64,000 bases of DNA, taken from Raoultibacter sp. (GTDB lineage Bacteria; Actinomycetota; Coriobacteriia; Coriobacteriales; Eggerthellaceae). Shown piece by piece: positions 59,665 to 64,000 of this stretch. Within the stretch, counting starts at the first letter, position 1. Each line of letters begins with the position of its first letter. The translations under genes were made by a program, and so were the position numbers. The stretch spans positions 6,798 to 70,797 of the forward strand of contig JBMNSJ010000002.1 in NCBI GenBank assembly GCA_050945135.1, written 5' to 3'. The notes beneath the pieces are model-generated. The model saw nothing but the letters and a program-made list of their open reading frames with translations, was not told where the DNA came from and did no database searches.

Positions 59665-61011
59665 ATGAGCGATTTATTCGGGACTGACGGGGTAAGAGGT
59701 GTTGCAAACACAGAACTCACCTGTGATATCGCCTACAAACTTGGCCAAGCTGCAGTTGCATATTTGGGCAACACAATCGTTATTGGTAAAGACACGCGCA
59801 TTTCCGGGGACATGCTCGAATCTGCATTAGCTGCGGGCATAATGAGCATGGGCGGCACCGCTTTGTTGGCGGGAATCATCCCGACGCCTGCGATTGCCTT
59901 ACTCACGCGCGAGCTTCATGCTGATGGTGGCGTAGTCATTTCAGCCTCACACAACCCTCCCGAATATAACGGTATCAAATTCTTTGACAATCAGGGCTTT
60001 AAGCTTAACGACGACACAGAGTCTTTACTGGAAGAATATGTGCTTCAGGGGGGAGCATCGCTTGATGCTTTATGTCCAGGAGATATGGTCGGTGTTATTT
60101 TGCCGGTTGATAATGCAGCTGATATGTATGTCGACTTCGTTGTAGAAAGTATAAGCTCTCAGGGAATAGACTTTTCCGGCATGAGTATTGCCCTTGATGT
60201 GGGGCATGGAGCCTCGGCCTATACAAGCGCAGAAGCGCTCACGCGTCTCGGCGCTCAAGTTACCGTCATCAACGATGATTTTACGGGTACCGACATCAAT
60301 GTAGAATGCGGCTCAACCCATCTTGAGCCTCTTAAGGATCTTGTTAAAAGCATAGGCGCCGATGTAGGTATTGCCCACGACGGAGATGCGGATCGCGTCA
60401 TGCTCGTTAACCCTGAGGGAGACGAGATAGACGGCGATATCATCGAAGCCGTGTGTGCGCTTGATTTAAGGGAGCGCGGTAAGCTAAACGGAAACACTGT
60501 GGTCTCTACCGTAATGTGTAACTTTGGATTTGTGTCTGCTATGCGCGAGGCCGGAATCGAAGTGCTTCAGACCAAGGTTGGCGATCGATATGTTCTTGAA
60601 GCGATGCAGGAACAAGATTTGGTTATCGGTGGCGAACAGAGCGGGCACGTAATTTTGCTTGAACATAATTCAACAGGAGATGGACTCTTGGTTGCAGCTC
60701 ATTTCTTGGCTGCATGCATTAGAAGCGGAAATGGAATCGCTTTGGCATCAGAGGTTATGGTGAGGTACCCACAAAGCTTGATTAACGTGGCTAATGTGGA
60801 TAAGGAAGCTGTCGACCAAAACGAAGCCGTTGCTGCCCGAATTGCTTCGGCAGAGTCTGAGCTTGGTGATGGCGGCCGCGTCTTAGTGCGCCCAAGTGGT
60901 ACCGAGCCTCTCGTGCGGGTTATGGTTGAAGCGCTTGATGAAGGGCTCGCCAAACGACTTGCTGAGGAAATCGCGGAGGTTATTAAGGCTCAGCTTTCGC
61001 TGCCAGCGTAA
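59665..61011 (+). CDS. glmM: Phosphoglucosamine mutase
   Basis: LFGTDGVRG start, phospho-Ser loop SASHNPPEYNGIKF and metal loop HDGDADR. Confidence 0.95.
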   Translation: MSDLFGTDGVRGVANTELTCDIAYKLGQAAVAYLGNTIVIGKDTRISGDMLESALAAGIMSMGGTALLAGIIPTPAIALLTRELHADGGVVISASHNPPEYNGIKFFDNQGFKLNDDTESLLEEYVLQGGASLDALCPGDMVGVILPVDNAADMYVDFVVESISSQGIDFSGMSIALDVGHGASAYTSAEALTRLGAQVTVINDDFTGTDINVECGSTHLEPLKDLVKSIGADVGIAHDGDADRVMLVNPEGDEIDGDIIEAVCALDLRERGKLNGNTVVSTVMCNFGFVSAMREAGIEVLQTKVGDRYVLEAMQEQDLVIGGEQSGHVILLEHNSTGDGLLVAAHFLAACIRSGNGIALASEVMVRYPQSLINVANVDKEAVDQNEAVAARIASAESELGDGGRVLVRPSGTEPLVRVMVEALDEGLAKRLAEEIAEVIKAQLSLPA

Positions 61012-61053
61012 TCCGCGGTAATCACATTTTTCCAATACGCAGTTTCACGAGTG

Positions 61054-63453
61054 CTACTTTCCTCTAAAGAACGCTAGTATTCGCGCAAGAAGCGACGGTT
61101 TTCGACTAGTTTCTTTTGTGGGAGGCGCACTGAGAGCATTATCGGTATAGGCCTTGACTTCAAGAGGTTCAGAATTCTTATCGCTAGCTTCTCCCGAAGT
61201 CTCACCTGCTTGATTTGCCAAACGGGCAATTTCTTCGTGCGCTGCCGCAATTCGTCGTTCATGAGCATGCTTGATGAGGTAGTTTTGTCCGTCAAAGCGA
61301 CTTAGCTCGTCGCCCGTATCATCGGCAGCAAAATAGCCAAGAGGGGTATAGCTTAAATCTGGTTTCAGTTCTCGCAGTTTAGCGGTATCTTTCATCATTG
61401 TCTTGATATAGCTACGAATTTCTTCGCTTAAAGAATCATTAAGAACTGGCCAAGCAATCTCAACCCGTCGTTCCATATTGCGCGTCATTAAGTCGGCACT
61501 CGAAAGATAGATACGCATCTCGTCAAAGGCACCAAAACAAAATATTCTGCTGTGCTCTAAAAGCCGTCCAACAATAGACACTACACGCACGTTCTCGGTA
61601 TAGCCCTTAATACCAGGGACAATACAACAAATACCACGCACAAATAAGGTTATGGGTACGCCTGCTTGTGAGGCTTCAGAAAGCTTAATGATGATTTCCT
61701 TATCGGTGATTGAGTTTGTCTTGAAGAAAATACCACTTGGTTCGCCGCGCTGAGCCTTTTCAATTTCTGCGTCGATGCCGCTGAGCATGGCTGGTTTGAT
61801 TTGTAGGGGAGCAACGGAGAGCACGCTGTAGTCATCAGAAATATTTTCGAGTCCCATGTTTTTGAAATAGGTTACCGCATCACGCCCAAAGCGCTCGTTG
61901 GTGGTGATGTAGGCAAAGTCGGTATAGAGGGTGGCAGTCTTTTCGTTGTAGTTGCCGGTACCCAGCTGCGTGATGTATTGAATGCCCTCATCGGTTTGGC
62001 GGGTAATGCAACAGATTTTTGAATGAACCTTATAGTCGCGGAAGCCATACAGAACCTTTGCTCCTGCTTGCTCAAAGCGTTGCGACCACTCGATGTTATT
62101 GCTCTCATCGAAGCGAGCGCGGAGCTCGAAGAGGGCGGTTACCTCTTTTCCGTTTTCTGCTGCAGCGATTAATGCTTCAGCAAGATGAGATTGGTTTGCC
62201 AAACGATACAAGGTTATCTTAATCGAGATTACGTGCGGATCAGTGGCAGCCTCGCGAAGAAGCTGCACGAAGGGATTCATTGATTCGTAAGGATAAGAAA
62301 GAAGCACCTCGGTGTCTTGAACCTGCTCAATGAGTGATTTGTTGTGGCTTAAAGAAGCTGGCCATTGTGGAGTGAATGAAGGGTAGCTTAAAGCCTCTCG
62401 TTTTTTATCGTCGAGATGTGATCCAATATCAAACACGTAACTCATGTCGAGAGGAACCGAGGTAACAAAACACTGATGAGGTTTTAAGTCAAGCTTCTTT
62501 CGCAAGAACGCCGAGACGTCATCGGAGAGGGGGTATTTGCTTTCGAGCCTCACCGGAGCTAATCGAGAACGCTTTTTGAGAATGCGCTTCATGTGATCAC
62601 GATAGTCTTCGTCGTTTTCGTCGATTCCTTCTGAGGCATCAAGGTCGGCGTTACGTGTGATGCAAATGGTGTTCGTTTGCTTAACGGTATACATCGAAAA
62701 CACTTCATCAACAATCATCTCAATTGCATGCTCAACTAAGATGAAGTTGAAGCCATCTCCCGGCAAGCTGATAATGCGCTCGTAGTGACGCGGCAGTGGG
62801 ATGATGCCTAAGGTTGCATCTTGTGCCCCTAGGTTCTTTGCTTTTTTGCCCTTCTTTTCAGGCTTTTCTTCACCTGTTTCAGGAGTCTCTTTCTCTTCGC
62901 GTACAACCAGGGATCCATCTTCGAGACGCACAACAATGTACAAATCGCCATTTTCAAGATGAGGGAAGGGATGCAAAAGATTAACTATTTGAGGAGAGAG
63001 GAAGGGCAATACATTATTACTCAAATAGGTGCGTAAATACTGGGTCTGTTCGTCGTTGAGATCGGAAACCTCTAGTTGATGGACGCCCTCATGCCCTAAT
63101 TTAGATTTTCCATCTGCGAAGATTTTCTCTTGAATAGGGTAGAGCTCATGACAGCGCTCATAGATGGCATCAAGCTGCTGGGTAGGAGTCATCAGGGTTT
63201 TATTGTCGACGATTCGCTTTTTTACCAGGCTTAAGTCGGTTAGACTACCCACACGAATCATAAAGAATTCCTGAAGATTGCTGCTAAAAATCGAGACAAA
63301 ACTTAGACGATCAAGTATTGGCACCGTGGCATCGGTTCCTTGATCAAGCACGCGCTCGTTAAAGCTTAACCACGATAATTCACGGTTTTGCATGAATGGG
63401 TAAGGCTGGTTTTTTGGACTCTTATTCGACTCGTCAATATCTTCAGACATCAT
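61054..63453 (-). CDS. ppk1: Polyphosphate kinase 1
   Basis: NRELSWLSFNERVL N-terminus and two PLD-like HKD-type domains (YKVHSKICCI, RLLEHSRIF). At 799 aa it is long, with a Lys/Glu-rich insertion and a C-terminal tail. Confidence 0.93.
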   Translation of the reverse strand: MMSEDIDESNKSPKNQPYPFMQNRELSWLSFNERVLDQGTDATVPILDRLSFVSIFSSNLQEFFMIRVGSLTDLSLVKKRIVDNKTLMTPTQQLDAIYERCHELYPIQEKIFADGKSKLGHEGVHQLEVSDLNDEQTQYLRTYLSNNVLPFLSPQIVNLLHPFPHLENGDLYIVVRLEDGSLVVREEKETPETGEEKPEKKGKKAKNLGAQDATLGIIPLPRHYERIISLPGDGFNFILVEHAIEMIVDEVFSMYTVKQTNTICITRNADLDASEGIDENDEDYRDHMKRILKKRSRLAPVRLESKYPLSDDVSAFLRKKLDLKPHQCFVTSVPLDMSYVFDIGSHLDDKKREALSYPSFTPQWPASLSHNKSLIEQVQDTEVLLSYPYESMNPFVQLLREAATDPHVISIKITLYRLANQSHLAEALIAAAENGKEVTALFELRARFDESNNIEWSQRFEQAGAKVLYGFRDYKVHSKICCITRQTDEGIQYITQLGTGNYNEKTATLYTDFAYITTNERFGRDAVTYFKNMGLENISDDYSVLSVAPLQIKPAMLSGIDAEIEKAQRGEPSGIFFKTNSITDKEIIIKLSEASQAGVPITLFVRGICCIVPGIKGYTENVRVVSIVGRLLEHSRIFCFGAFDEMRIYLSSADLMTRNMERRVEIAWPVLNDSLSEEIRSYIKTMMKDTAKLRELKPDLSYTPLGYFAADDTGDELSRFDGQNYLIKHAHERRIAAAHEEIARLANQAGETSGEASDKNSEPLEVKAYTDNALSAPPTKETSRKPSLLARILAFFRGK

Positions 63454-63468
63454 GCTAGTTTCCCTCCA

Positions 63469-64000
63469 TTATGTGCCTAACAACATATGCTCTATGAGGT
63501 ACCCTTCGCGGATACCGTTCTTGCACAAGACTAGCTCATGCGCCCCACATTCTTTCATGAGTTGATACGCAATTGTTGAGCCCGGTATAACCGTATGGAT
63601 TCGGTCGGGCGCAGCCTTAAGGGCCAAATGTGCAAAGTTTTCTGGATATTCAAGGCTATATCGAATGAGTCTTTCGTAATCTCGCAGCTTCATGGTGTCT
63701 GGGCGATTGCCGGGGGTAAAAACCTCCGCATATACTTTTGCTGCGGCGCGCAAACTTCCTCCGATACCAAAAAATACGTCATGCTCGAGAGAGCTGCGTT
63801 CTTTGAGTCCGTCGAGGGAATCTGAAATGCTCTCTCGCATTCGGTTGAGTTCTTTTATCTTTGGGAGAATGGCTTTCACTTCCTGAGCGTAAAGAGAAAG
63901 CGAACCATGTGCGATGCTGGCTTTGTAGAGATCAATCGACTCACGAATCTGAGTTAGCTCAGTCGAGCCACCACCAATGTCAATCAAGGTGCCATTTTCT
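63469..64000 (-). CDS. ppx: Exopolyphosphatase / Ppx-GppA family, C-terminal part of the ORF (5' end beyond the window)
   Basis: IDIGGGSTE actin-like ATPase motif. The frame is still open at base 64000. It lies 15 nt upstream of ppk1 on the same strand. Confidence 0.85.
   Translation of the reverse strand, partial: ENGTLIDIGGGSTELTQIRESIDLYKASIAHGSLSLYAQEVKAILPKIKELNRMRESISDSLDGLKERSSLEHDVFFGIGGSLRAAAKVYAEVFTPGNRPDTMKLRDYERLIRYSLEYPENFAHLALKAAPDRIHTVIPGSTIAYQLMKECGAHELVLCKNGIREGYLIEHMLLGT

Overview
This is a bacterial chromosomal window made almost entirely of housekeeping genes. It is most consistent with an anaerobic Actinomycetota (Coriobacteriia-like) genome. That placement is an inference from a large lineage-type insertion near the N-terminus of beta-prime, a long-form HPF, and the gene orders glmU-prs-pth, pyrH-frr-uppS-cdsA-dxr-rseP-ispG-proS and rlmB-yacP.

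I can support about 50 protein genes:
- leuCDB, hisS-aspS, and a csoR-copA copper module with a clear operator.
- The MEP/lipid-carrier cluster, rpoB-rpoC, hisE-glmM and ppx-ppk1.
- Three c-di-GMP turnover loci.
- A CaiA/FixAB-like acyl-CoA dehydrogenase/ETF cluster with a LysR regulator.

I found no rRNA, tRNA, CRISPR array, intact IS/transposase or recognisable defence gene.

The items worth a second look are:
1. A sensor/GGDEF-EAL megaprotein is split exactly at an A6 run; one extra A restores a single frame.
2. A complete NhaA antiporter runs without a stop into a complete acyl-ACP thioesterase, with an out-of-frame TGATG at the junction.
3. Beta-prime carries a C-terminal extension containing an alpha-CTD-like helix-hairpin-helix module.
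4. Two non-coding islands of roughly 1 kb (22.05-22.98 kb and 43.49-44.44 kb) are full of long inverted and direct repeats. Both sit where conserved synteny (rpsB-tsf, and sigH/secE-nusG-rplKAJL) would be expected.
5. The ACAD/ETF/LysR/bacterioferritin block is wedged between yacP and rpoB.

All calls come from reading the sequence and the ORF track by eye. No database search or RNA folding was run.
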